A model generated the notes under the pieces. The model searched no databases. It saw only the letters and a program-made list of their open reading frames with translations, and was not told the origin of the DNA. A DNA stretch of 62,406 nucleotides, the filler included, from Stramenopiles sp. TOSAG23-2 (lineage: Eukaryota): assembly GCA_900128395.1 (NCBI GenBank). It is 7 parts of 7 records of this genome, joined end to end, with 100 filler letters (N's around TTAATTAATTAA, not from the genome) between each part and the next. Parts side by side here need not be neighbours in the genome. Positions count along the whole stretch, not along the records: positions 27,116 to 54,091 come from LT649424.1; positions 54,192 to 55,755 come from LT652672.1; positions 55,856 to 57,419 come from LT652673.1; 4 more parts are not named here. One strand, 5' to 3'. Made by a program: the position numbers and the translations under genes. Shown here piece after piece: positions 46,329 through 57,519 of this stretch (positions are counted from its first letter, which is position 1; every line of letters starts with the position of its first letter).

Positions 46329-47980
46329 TCACAAGACTTTTCGATGTGGTTTTGGTGCATTTGGATTGCCCCTGGAATAAAATTCACGCAACAATTCAAT
46401 GGCTTCAGTTTCCAATACACCAGGTATAACATCATATTCAAGACTTTTCGATGTGGTTTTGGTGCATTTGGATTGCCCCTGGAATAAAATTCACGCAACA
46501 ATTCAATGGCTTCAGTTTCCAATACACCAGGTATAACATCATATTCACAATCTAAATCATGCGAAAAATTACCACAACGGTGACATGATAGTATAGATCC
46601 ATTTCCACCAAATTTATCGTTACTACATCCATAGTAAACAACTTTTACACCAATACGTGCTAAGGCAGCTGCACACATTATACATGGTTCAACAGTGACA
46701 TACAATTCAGACCCTTTAAGTACATCTTTATTGCAATTACTTGCTACGAAAGCAATGTCATATGCAACAAGCTCAGCATGTCGAGTCGCATTTGATGTCA
46801 CATTTGTTTTGTTTGAACCAGCAGTAATTATAATATCTTCACTGTTATTGGAAGAATTTATAAAAACGCATCCTACTGGCACTTCCCCATTTTCTAAAGC
46901 ATATCGCGCCTCAGCAAATGCCAACTTCATATTATAAATAATCCTATCATCAAAGTTACTATTGTTATGATTAATATGATTTCCCCTTAGTTTAAGATCC
47001 GCTTTATACATTTCTAACAAATTTTCCGTATGAACTAATGTTTTATATTGCCCAAACTGATACCAAGATACATCATCCATAGGATATATAGAACTAATAC
47101 TAGCATTATTCCTAGAAAGAGGTAAAAGTATGCGGCATGCTTCACCTTCCATTAAATGAAATAATTCCACAAGTTTCGATTCATTTTCCCCCATTAACAA
47201 GCTCATACTCGTTTGAATTAATTTGAAACCTACATCAATTGCATTTAGCTCCTGTTGTACGCTTCCAGGTGCTTCAAATTTTTTTTCTTTTAATAATTCA
47301 AATTCCTGCTTTGACTCAATACCGAATATGCGACAACATATCAAGAATGGGGAGTCTATTTTAATCTTCGTTTCCGTACGTTTTGATGTAGCAACCGTCA
47401 AAGGCACACTATACAATTGAGTATACTGATTTACTGATTCAATGACGTCTTTATCTGAAGTCATTACATTGGCCGATGAAAAATTTATAGGCGCTACATC
47501 ATTTGGATTAAAAGGTTGACAAAAGCCATATGTCACCAATAAATGTCCATTGCTTTTAAAATCACCATATGAAAAAGTCAATTCATCTCCCATTTTCATA
47601 TTTGTACTTGTATTGGCATATAAAAATTGATCATCTGTATACCATCTCAACGAAGTACCAGCTTTATGATTTAACATATCCGCTAACGGAATCATACATC
47701 CACCAGGAAGGTCGCTTTGACTCGAATTATTACCATTGGTTAGATTGACGTTTTCCTCGGAATTGGGATTGTTGGGTAAACAAAATGTTGGTGGAAATAA
47801 ACGTGTTGCGAGACTAGTATGAGCCCATAAATATTTTTCCCAACTAAAATCTTTTGCCGGAAAAAGACTGGGAAATGTTTGTGATAATCTTGGAAATATT
47901 GCATTATACGTTTCTTTCATTTGGACACATCTCGTTTTTTCTCGATTACCAACTGCAGTGCCCGTTAAACGATTCAACAT
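46329..47980 (-). CDS. SET-domain (SETD3/LSMT-like, N-truncated) fused to ADAT2/Tad2 tRNA adenosine deaminase
   Basis: SET motifs WAHTSLATRLF, MIPLADMLNH, ELTFSYG, LLVTYGF. Deaminase motifs EVPVGCV, TRHAE, TVEPCIMC, NDKFGG, FY..GNPNAP. The true C-terminus is KPHRKVL-TGA (46329) once the ~107-nt duplication is removed. Confidence 0.85.
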
Positions 47981-48063
47981 AGAATGAAAGCAATAATACC
48001 ATTCTCAGTTCAATAAAAAGATTCATAAATAATACGACGAACTCTAGGAAAAAGTCAATCATT

Positions 48064-49560
48064 TTGTATGTATGTCTATCGTTTGTTTTCGTCTCTGTTA
48101 TAACAACCGTAATGATATTTGCAACTAGGGCAAAGGATAAAAGTCCAGATAATTCTTCATCATCGTCAAAAAAAAATAAAAATGGTAATATAAAAAAGTG
48201 TAATAATAACAAGAACGCTAATAGAAAAAATAATAACAATTTTCTAATACAAAATTTAAAGGATTCAACCATTACCTTTATGGATCTAACCTTTCCTGGA
48301 ACACACAACAGTGCAATTAACTTATCCCCAAAATTGCCAGATATGCCAGAAGGCACAGAATTTTCAAAAGATCACCCATCTGTTTCACAGCAGCCATTTT
48401 ATTATATCGTTCTAAATCAACGTTTATCTGTTTTCGATCAGCTTGAACAAGGTATTCGCTATTTAACTTTTGAGACGGTGAACATACCAAACGATTATAA
48501 ATGCCCATCATCATCATCAATAAATACAAATAACGTTTCATCATCAGAGACGTGTGCTTGTAAATACGACTCAATGAATTACTGTTTTCAGTGTTGCGAT
48601 ATATTGGTAACCCATGGTACATTTGCTGAAGCTGTTAATGCTAATACAGGATATTCATTTTTATATGATTTATTTATTGAGATAAAATTTTGGATTGAAA
48701 ATGATGATGCTGAAAATGGTTATGGATGTCACAATAATACAGATCAAATTTTATGGATATATTTAGATTCATATACTTTAAAGACAGAAATTGAAAAAAA
48801 ACGGTTCTATAAAGTTATCTTGAGCACATTAAAAAACAGTGGGTTGTATGCATACATATATAACCCACCAGTGATTGATAATAATAATAATAATATCGTT
48901 AAGGTGGAGAAAAGTTTTTTATTGTATGATATGTTAAGATTGAAAAAAAATGTTGTATTGTCTTTTGTAAATGATGTCGGTAGTAGCAAAGTTCATATTT
49001 TAAATAATCTACCAATAATTAGTAATTATTATGTAACAAAGACACCAAGTAATGATGATCCAATATGTTTTGAACCAAAATCACCATGTCATATAGGATG
49101 GGATTCACATAATATACATGATATGTCATTGAATAATATTGCGATTCTTCATAATTCCAGTACGAAGAATAATGACAATACATTTGCAATGTATCATATG
49201 TCATCTTCAAGAGATATGAAACCATATTTAGCTGGTGGGAATCCATGGGAAGCATCATTATTACGCAATAAATCATTGATATTTGAAAAATTACTACTGT
49301 ATAAACAGAAATATAATCAACATGTAAACATAGTTGCTGTTGATTTTTTCAATACAAAGGTTACATCAAAAGTTAAACCATTTAATATGAAATTATTGTC
49401 AAATATTATTGATAATGATAACAATAACGATGAATTTATCTATTATGATGCAGTCACTGAAGCAGTTTGTAAATTTAATAATTATAATTTGAAAGATGAT
49501 AGTATTCAAAATAATATTAATATAAGTTATGTAATTGGTTGCAATTATATAAAAAATTAG
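48064..49560 (+). CDS. PI-PLC X-domain / PLC-like phosphodiesterase with N-terminal hydrophobic segment
   Basis: DLTFPGTHNS, NQRLSVFDQLEQGIRYL, VTHG, VNIVAVDFF. The start codon is uncertain. Confidence 0.85.
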   Translation: MYVCLSFVFVSVITTVMIFATRAKDKSPDNSSSSSKKNKNGNIKKCNNNKNANRKNNNNFLIQNLKDSTITFMDLTFPGTHNSAINLSPKLPDMPEGTEFSKDHPSVSQQPFYYIVLNQRLSVFDQLEQGIRYLTFETVNIPNDYKCPSSSSINTNNVSSSETCACKYDSMNYCFQCCDILVTHGTFAEAVNANTGYSFLYDLFIEIKFWIENDDAENGYGCHNNTDQILWIYLDSYTLKTEIEKKRFYKVILSTLKNSGLYAYIYNPPVIDNNNNNIVKVEKSFLLYDMLRLKKNVVLSFVNDVGSSKVHILNNLPIISNYYVTKTPSNDDPICFEPKSPCHIGWDSHNIHDMSLNNIAILHNSSTKNNDNTFAMYHMSSSRDMKPYLAGGNPWEASLLRNKSLIFEKLLLYKQKYNQHVNIVAVDFFNTKVTSKVKPFNMKLLSNIIDNDNNNDEFIYYDAVTEAVCKFNNYNLKDDSIQNNINISYVIGCNYIKN

Positions 49561-49592
49561 AAAAAATGTTCGTAATATCATGGGTCGTTGTG

Positions 49593-49631
<39 letters not shown>

Positions 49632-50331
49632 ATAGTTCGTCGTAAATATCTACCTGGGGTATCACGGAAAGTAAAATTTGTATATACTCCGCCGTATAAA
49701 AACACTTTAGAATTAACATTTTTAAATATTATTAATATCATAACTAGTGTGAGATAGATTACAGTATTTCAATTATTGTATTCTTTTGAAGAGTAGGAAT
49801 TATTATGAGTAAATTAAAAAATTACGAAGTGTATAAATTTATGCATTAAGTATAAACCTAACTAAAAATATAAAATATCAACCACATAATAAGTTATGCA
49901 TCATATATATATTAAAAAATTGACAAAAAACAAAAAAAAACAGATACACACACAATACAGTATTTCAATTATTGTATTCTTTTGAAGAGTAGGAATTATT
50001 ATGAGTAAATTAAAAAATTACGAAGTGTATAAATTTATGCATTAAGTATAAACCTAACTAAAAATATAAAATATCAACCACATAATAAGTTATGCATCAT
50101 ATATATATTAAAAAATTGACAAAAAACAAAAAAAAACAGATACACACACAAATACCCCGTACATGCGTATAAAGTGCCACACACTTTTTTTCAAAGGAAA
50201 TTTTTCCTTAATGTAAAATCTCTATTTAAAAATTTTCTCACAACATTTCGAAAAATTGTATTACTATCATTCACTTTATCATTTAAAACTGATTCTTTAC
50301 ATTCATTTGATAAAGTGCCACACACTTTTTT

Positions 50332-51120
50332 TCAAAGGAAATTTTTCCTTAATGTAAAATCTCTATTTAAAAATTTTCTCACAACATTTCGAAAAATTGT
50401 ATTACTATCATTCACTTTATCATTTAAAACTGATTCTTTACATTCATTTGCTTCTTTCTCATCATTTAAAATACCTTTTTCACATAACGTTTGAAATATT
50501 CGCTTTGTTATCATTGCGCCATTAAATTCAGGATGTGATTGAACAGATAAAACATGATCACCAATTACAAACGCTTCATTTTCTGAACCTTTTGATTGTG
50601 CTATTTTTGTTACATTTGGAGGCAATATATGAACACAATCACCATGACTTTCTAAAAGTAATAGCGTTTCTTTCATACCTATTAAATCTTTTGCATATGG
50701 CAATTTTTTAATATTATTTGTAATAAAATGAATTTCTTCACTTCTAAAAACAAATTTATGATCGATATTTTTTGTAACTGTTCCACCAAGTGCTTTTGCT
50801 AATACTTGATGACCAAAGCAATTACAAAACAATTGTGGTCTTTTGTTTTTTACGATATATAATAAAAGATCTTCAACACCTTTTAACCACGGCAACTCAT
50901 CATTTGCACTATATTTTGCACCAGGTACAATTACACCATCAATCAAATTCAATTCATCCGGAGTTGGAAGTTCATGTTGCCAAGCTTTGTATTCAATAAA
51001 TTCATCATCTACTACTTGCCCCTCCTTGTCTTTTGTCTTTGAAGAATATGCATTTTTCATGATTTCTAAATGATCATGCCATTTTTTTGCATCTTCACAA
51101 TTAATGACAGCTACTCTCAT
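50332..51120 (-). CDS. Class I glutamine amidotransferase-like (gamma-glutamyl peptidase-like)
   Basis: Nucleophile elbow CFGHQ, ESHGD, and QSHPE (Cys-His-Glu triad). Confidence 0.92.
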   Translation of the reverse strand: MRVAVINCEDAKKWHDHLEIMKNAYSSKTKDKEGQVVDDEFIEYKAWQHELPTPDELNLIDGVIVPGAKYSANDELPWLKGVEDLLLYIVKNKRPQLFCNCFGHQVLAKALGGTVTKNIDHKFVFRSEEIHFITNNIKKLPYAKDLIGMKETLLLLESHGDCVHILPPNVTKIAQSKGSENEAFVIGDHVLSVQSHPEFNGAMITKRIFQTLCEKGILNDEKEANECKESVLNDKVNDSNTIFRNVVRKFLNRDFTLRKNFL

Positions 51121-52253
51121 GGTTGATTTATTTTCTTCTTCTTCTTATTATAATTGCAAATAAATGACTCTTCTCTATTTGCATCTTCACAATTAATGAC
51201 AGCTACTCTCATGGTTGATTTATTTTCTTCTTCTTCTTATTATAATTGCAAATAAATGACTCTTCTCTACATACATATATACATCAATAGATAAATAACA
51301 AATAATATAATTATTATAGTCTGCGTCGTCAGACTCTTTCTCGTATAATTATATTATTGAAATTATAATAATAAATTTAAATTCAATAATAAAATAAAAA
51401 TAAATAAAAAATTAATTCTTCATCTATTGCACATCTCATGTTGTGCTGCACTGCTCATCACAACGCAGACGACTGCACTGCAGACGACTAGAGCTATAAT
51501 ACCTGGTAATTCTTCATCACAACCACCAGCAAACAACCTTAATTTACTTAATAACCTAAGTCTTATTTTTTTTATGTATCTGTAGCACTATCAAAAACTG
51601 ATTTGTAGTACGATAAGGGCATAGTCTCTTGTTGTATTAGGCGTCTTGTTTAACTTTTGTTTAGCAGGCTTACCAGGCTTACCAACCAGGCAGGCGCTTA
51701 CCAGCTTATTAATAGCTCTAACTGTAACATCATCGTTTATTTAAAGTCGTCACACATATCATCATGAGCTTACCAGCTTACCTGGTACTGTACCAGCGTA
51801 CCAGGAAACGTTGTTGAAACATATTCAAAAATATATATATGTTATGTATAGAAAAGAAAGAAACAAATAGTGTTAGTGATATATATATATATATATATAT
51901 GTATAATATAGTATATAGATATATCAATATTATATAATAGTTGTATACCTTCAAATGATATACAATTCATCAGTAATTTCGATTATAGCCATACAAATTT
52001 TATTAGATAACATCGTTACAAAATAAAATAGATTATCATAAGTCAATAATAGTAGAAATTGATTGTTCAAAAAAAAATAGTTTAGTGTCGTTTATTATAG
52101 CCATACAAATTTTATTAGATAACATCGTTACAAAATAAAATAGATTATCATAAGTCAATAATAGTAGAAATTGATTGTTCAAAAAAAAATAGTTTAGTGT
52201 CGTTTTCATTATTTTGTATACACACACAAAAATTGTAAAAGTTTATATCATTC

Positions 52254-53222
52254 ATGTCTCACTCTTTGTTTCTACTACAAATTTTCCCTTCCGGTTTCTT
52301 TGAGTCTGATATCGTTAATTTTTTGTTTTTTTCCTTTGTCGGTTGTTTGTTATTATATGCAGTTTACTATCGTCGTAGAAAATCTGGCGGTGCCTTAGAA
52401 AAAGATCCTTTGGGTCAGCATGTTGTCTATAAATATGGTTTTTATGAACTTCAAGGAAGACGTCCATATATGGAAGATAGGTACGATGTACGTGGTGAAA
52501 TTTCAGGCGATCCAGCGAAAACAATGTATGCAGTCTTTGATGGCCATGGCGGCTCTAATGCATCAGAATTTTGCACAGAAGCAGTTTATCGAAATATAGT
52601 TACAAGCGGACTGCTTGAAAAATCAACAAAACGTGCTTTAAGAACAGCGCTATTGCACACTGACGATGAATACCTAAGGCTTGCAAATCGTAATAATAAA
52701 GACGACGGCACAACAGCTATTGTTGTATACGTAAATGGCCGTGATATTACGTGCGCTAACGTTGGCGATTCACGTGCAATTTTAGTATTAAGAAATGGTG
52801 GGGCTATACCGCTTTCTATAGATCATAAGCCAAATCGTAAAGACGAGCGAGAACGGATTGAAGCGTTAGGCGGTAGTGTTAGTCTATGGGGTGTTTGGCG
52901 CGTAGAAGGTTGTTTAGCCGTATCACGTGCCATAGGGGATCGTATGTTAAAAGATTATGTTAGTGCGGAACCAGAAATTCTTGAAAGAACGATAACAAAA
53001 GATGATGCATTTATTATTATCGCAACAGATGGTTTATGGGATGTTTTAAGTAACCAAACTGTTGCTCAAATATCATGTACTGTGGCGAAGCGTTCAGAAA
53101 GAGGGGTACAAGAGGTTGCAGAAGCGCTGGCACAAGATGCATATGCAAAGGGATCTACAGATAATATTTCAGTAATTGTATTAGATTTACGGGAACCTCC
53201 AAATATTGTTAAAAGTAACTAA
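52254..53222 (+). CDS. PP2C/PPM phosphatase with N-terminal membrane anchor
   Basis: QGRRPYMED, VFDGHGG, GTTA, ANVGDSRA, DHKP, LAVSRAIGD, ATDGLWDV, DNIS; TM segment FLFFSFVGCLLLYAVYY followed by RRRK. Confidence 0.96.
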   Translation: MSHSLFLLQIFPSGFFESDIVNFLFFSFVGCLLLYAVYYRRRKSGGALEKDPLGQHVVYKYGFYELQGRRPYMEDRYDVRGEISGDPAKTMYAVFDGHGGSNASEFCTEAVYRNIVTSGLLEKSTKRALRTALLHTDDEYLRLANRNNKDDGTTAIVVYVNGRDITCANVGDSRAILVLRNGGAIPLSIDHKPNRKDERERIEALGGSVSLWGVWRVEGCLAVSRAIGDRMLKDYVSAEPEILERTITKDDAFIIIATDGLWDVLSNQTVAQISCTVAKRSERGVQEVAEALAQDAYAKGSTDNISVIVLDLREPPNIVKSN

Positions 53223-54091
53223 GAGAAATGTGTTTGTTTTGACTGACATTCTAGAATATGCGTCTTACAGGAGAGTAAAAAATTATATTATCATTTTTAT
53301 TAAAATATTTAATATGATATATATATGTGCCTTTTGTAGTAGACACTTTTGTTTTGACTGACATTCTAGAATATGCGTCTTACAGGAGAGTAAAAAATTA
53401 TATTATCATTTTTATTAAAATATTTAATATGATATATATATGTGCCTTTTGTAGTAGACACTTCAGATGGAAAGAATTTACCTCCAGACAGTGCAGACTA
53501 ACCAACAAAATACGAATTCGTTTCAGGGAGCAAAAACCCGAAATTCATCACCTTGTCAACGTTACCAACCCGTGTGGTAATTTTGTGCATTTGCAACCAC
53601 AACCTATTATCATCCAAGACAATGGTTTGCTATGAATCCACTCCTGGGGATTTCAAAACCACCAAACTTTTGGAAAACCCATGGACTGCTCACATCACTT
53701 TCATCGAGAGTGTTATGCTGGATTCAGACCTACTTGTGCTTATCAGAGTATTAGCTTGCGGCGGCGCATGATAGCTTCTATTATTAATAGGAGTAAATCC
53801 TTCTTAGATTGCGAGGATTAACAATACGTATATTATTCCTGAGATTGAGTATTGAGCGTAGTACGTATTTACCACGGGAACTAAAATTATTATAACTTAG
53901 ATTTTTTAACCAAAAATCATAAAATATTTATTTTAATATGATATGATACGCATATAATTTATTTACCAGGGGTAAATAAAAAGTGAGATATCATAATATA
54001 TTGCTATAATATGATTACAATGATTTTGAAAAAAAGTCGTAAAAAATACCGCCCCCCCCCCCCCCCATCTTTTTTTTTTTTTATCTCTTTT

Positions 54092-54191
54092 NNNNNNNNN
54101 NNNNNNNNNNNNNNNNNNNNNNNNNNNNNNNNNNNTTAATTAATTAANNNNNNNNNNNNNNNNNNNNNNNNNNNNNNNNNNNNNNNNNNNN
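54092..54191. other. Artificial contig spacer
   Basis: N-TTAATTAATTAA-N, 100 nt. Confidence 0.98.
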
Positions 54192-54854
54192 ATGTAACAA
54201 GTGCGCAGCGTAGAAACATGTTAAAACCATTTCCAGAGCCAAAATCACCTGAACCGAAATCTGTACAGAGTGAAAAAATAATTGATTTGCAACGTAAAAT
54301 ACAAGAATTATCAATTCATTTATTGCGTTCGGAAAAAAAAAATAAAGAATATGAAAAATTATGTACTGCACAATCATTGGAATTAAGTAGATTGAGTGGA
54401 TATCGTTCAAGTAAAATACGTTATCCATTACATCCAAGAAATAGAAATGCAACCTGGAAGAAGAGAATGTGTTGGGGTGATCTACTTGGTATTGTCCACA
54501 CCACCATCATTTCATACGAAAAAAATGTTAGACACTATCTTGCGACAAGTACCTACCATTTTACATGGAGCAGAAGCAATAAATTCATTAAATGGATTAA
54601 GCATAGATGCAAAAGTAGAAGAAATGAATGCAGCTGCCAGAGCAATACAAAGCCGAGTTAGAGGAATGTTAATACGAAAGAAAAGGAGGGAAAAACGATT
54701 AGGTAAAGTGTTAATGGATGGTATCAATAATGAAAAAGAAGAGACGAAAGTACCAGGAACAACAGTATCTACTGACGAGGGAAAATCAGAAGCATCAACT
54801 AAATCGGAATCAAAAGCAGAGGAAGAAGTTGAGGTTACACAACAAGAGCAATAG
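54192..54854 (+). CDS. 3' part of a coiled-coil + IQ-motif protein (frame change unresolved)
   Basis: Coiled coil KIIDLQRKIQEL in one frame and IQ motif AAARAIQSRVRGMLIRK in another. An intron or frameshift lies between about 54400 and 54530. Confidence 0.6.
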
Positions 54855-55121
54855 AGAGGAGAAAAAATAAAACAAGAGATAAAAATGATTATTATATTTA
54901 CATTTATTTATTTATTACAGGTATTGTGCTATTCGCTACTGTATGTAGACACCGTTCCAAGTTAGAGCCAAAAAAAATACTACTACAATTCATTGTATAG
55001 CACTATACAGAATAATAATATTCAATATATAACTGCATGAAAACATATTGAATAGTGAATATAAATCAAACACGAACAAAGATTTTCTTTTAAAGTAAAC
55101 TTGCTTTTCCATTATAAAACA

Positions 55122-55755
55122 ATGGCGTCAATAGTCACGGATACAACAAATACAACAACATCTGCAATTTCTGGGCAAGATATATTGAACGAAATAATTA
55201 ATTATAAAAATAATGGTAATGAAGAATATAAACAAATATTGAAATATATGAAAGAATTAGTAAATGAGTCTAATACTAATAATAATACAAGTATTCAATT
55301 ACAAATTGAACAGCATCAAAAGCAAGGAATAAAATATTATTCAAAAGGTATTGATGTCAAAACTATATTTACAAATAGCAATACGAGTGAAGGACATGAT
55401 ATGGTTAAGGAAATACAAATTGTCAAATCGAAAATATTTTTAAACCGTAGTTTGATATTTCATCAACGTAATAAATATCAAAAAGCTTTACATGATTGTA
55501 AATCATCTATTCAGTTTGATAAGACTAATATCAAAGCATATTATCGTGCTGCTAAAATATTGATTGAAAGGAATCATTTTACCGAGGCTTATAAATATGT
55601 AAAAAAAGGAATTATATCCAATGGTAAAGATTTGAAAAACTTGTCGATTGAAAAACAAAAATTATTAAAACCATTAATTAAATTAAAAAAAGAAATGGAA
55701 AAGAAATATAAAGATCAAATTGAGATGAATAAAAATAATAATAATAATAGATTAC
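55122..55755 (+). CDS. TPR-containing protein (3' truncated)
   Basis: KNNGNEEY, FLNRSL..Q..KY..AL.DC..SI.FD..NIKAYYRAAK (co-chaperone-type TPR). Runs into the spacer. Confidence 0.85.
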
Positions 55756-55855
55756 NNNNNNNNNNNNNNNNNNNNNNNNNNNNNNNNNNNNNNNNNNNNT
55801 TAATTAATTAANNNNNNNNNNNNNNNNNNNNNNNNNNNNNNNNNNNNNNNNNNNN
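55756..55855. other. Artificial contig spacer
   Basis: N-TTAATTAATTAA-N, 100 nt. Confidence 0.98.
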
Positions 55856-56735
55856 GTGATGATAAAATTGGTTTAATTATTTTTGGTGATAACATGTTAA
55901 AGGATAATAATTATTACTAATGATATGATATTCTGCAAATGGTTCATATGGAAAATAATATTATATATTATATCAGAAGAGATAAAGATGCGTGAGTTCT
56001 GTGAGTTGTATAAAACTTTAATTGAACTTTGTAATAGTACTTTAAACTCTGCCAAATCTGATATATCATCAATTGATAAAATATGGTGGGACAACAATAA
56101 GTGATGCCGATGGATTTTGCCTTTAAAAAAATCGATAAAACATTTCAGGAAATTTTATTTATCTAAAAAAAATAATCATTGATTGATTACTGATATAATA
56201 TCAGTTACTAATTAATAATTATCGGATATTATTATTCCTACCCTACTCTAAATAGTCAGTTTGGTAACTTAAAACGATAGAAAATGTCGTTGCATCGCGT
56301 GTAAACAAAAAATTACTTGAAATATTCCGATCTATTTCTAACTAAACTAACAAGTATTGCCTGCTATATACTTCCTCTAATATTTTCGTAATTCTGCATA
56401 CCACTACATACTTATACCGATTTGGTATTTGGTAATAATTGTTACCTGGTACTATAATATATGATATTTATACATATACATATACATATACCAGGTATAA
56501 TATTTAAATAATACTTAGTTATACATTTTGATCTAGTGTGCTAGTCGTCTAATATATAAACATTCACGTCGCATCGCATTCTTTGTACAATCTAGTGTGC
56601 TAGTCGTCTAATATATAAACATTCACGTCGCATCGCATTCTTTGTACAACTAGATATCAAAAGTGTATATATACTAAATAAATTTATTCTTATATCAACA
56701 ACCATAACAATAACACCATCATCATCATCGTCGTC

Positions 56736-57416
56736 ATGCCACCTCCACCAATTCGTTCAACGAAAATATTTAAATGCCCATATTGCCCAGTCGTAGTCAG
56801 TTGGAAAGATAGTTTAAAACGGCACCTTGCCATTTCCTGCAAAAATAATCCTGACCGTACAGAAGGGCAAACAATTTGGTTTATATGTCCAGGAGCAGGA
56901 TGTGATGCAAGGTATAGCTCTCGTGATAGTTTAAGGCGGCATATTAAAACCAAACACAAAAAAGATGATACTCTTAGCGAATATAAAGCTACTATTGTTA
57001 GTAGAAAGAAACCAAAGAGAAAAAAGTCTACTTTTACATTTGTTAAAGGTAAAACTGGGAAATCACACAAACGAAAACGTCGTTCCGAATGGAGCAACGA
57101 AGAAAAAGCAAAATTTCACGAATTGTACCAAGATGGAACTAATAAAGATTGGAAAGCTATTGCAGAAGCTTTGAACGCAAGTGAGGGATGTAATAAAACT
57201 GCAACACAAGTTCGTACTCATGCATATACCACCAAACGTAAAAAAGCACCAAAACCGAGTGCAGGTTATCAATATGATGTGAAAGCTGCAAGACGCGAAT
57301 CAGATAGATTATTAAAAGAGGAGCAAAATGGTAATGTAGACATTGTTACAACAAGTATTAGTAATAATGATGTTTTAACCGTCAGTGTAAACGGGAGTAA
57401 TAGTATGACTTTATAA
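56736..57416 (+). CDS. Zinc finger (C2HC + C2H2) plus Myb/SANT transcription factor
   Basis: CPYC...LKRHLAISC; CPGAGC...LRRHIKTKH; WSNEEKAKF...DWKAIA...KTATQVRTHA (SHAQKYF-like Myb). Confidence 0.85.
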   Translation: MPPPPIRSTKIFKCPYCPVVVSWKDSLKRHLAISCKNNPDRTEGQTIWFICPGAGCDARYSSRDSLRRHIKTKHKKDDTLSEYKATIVSRKKPKRKKSTFTFVKGKTGKSHKRKRRSEWSNEEKAKFHELYQDGTNKDWKAIAEALNASEGCNKTATQVRTHAYTTKRKKAPKPSAGYQYDVKAARRESDRLLKEEQNGNVDIVTTSISNNDVLTVSVNGSNSMTL

Positions 57417-57419
57417 AAA

Positions 57420-57519
57420 NNNNNNNNNNNNNNNNNNNNNNNNNNNNNNNNNNNNNNNNNNNNTTAATTAATTAANNNNNNNNNNNNNNNNNNNNNNNNN
57501 NNNNNNNNNNNNNNNNNNN
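57420..57519. other. Artificial contig spacer
   Basis: N-TTAATTAATTAA-N, 100 nt. Confidence 0.98.

Noticed and set aside
46310-46440. C-terminal extension NMMLYLVYW...WMLR of the ADAT2 fusion
   Set aside because: Out-of-frame read of a ~107-nt duplicated block. The second copy carries the natural stop.
53958-53980. Hairpin TTTATTTACC-AGG-GGTAAATAAA (similar imperfect one at 10141-10174) as a terminator
   Set aside because: AT-rich stems can occur by chance in this composition, and intrinsic terminators are not expected in eukaryotic nuclear DNA.
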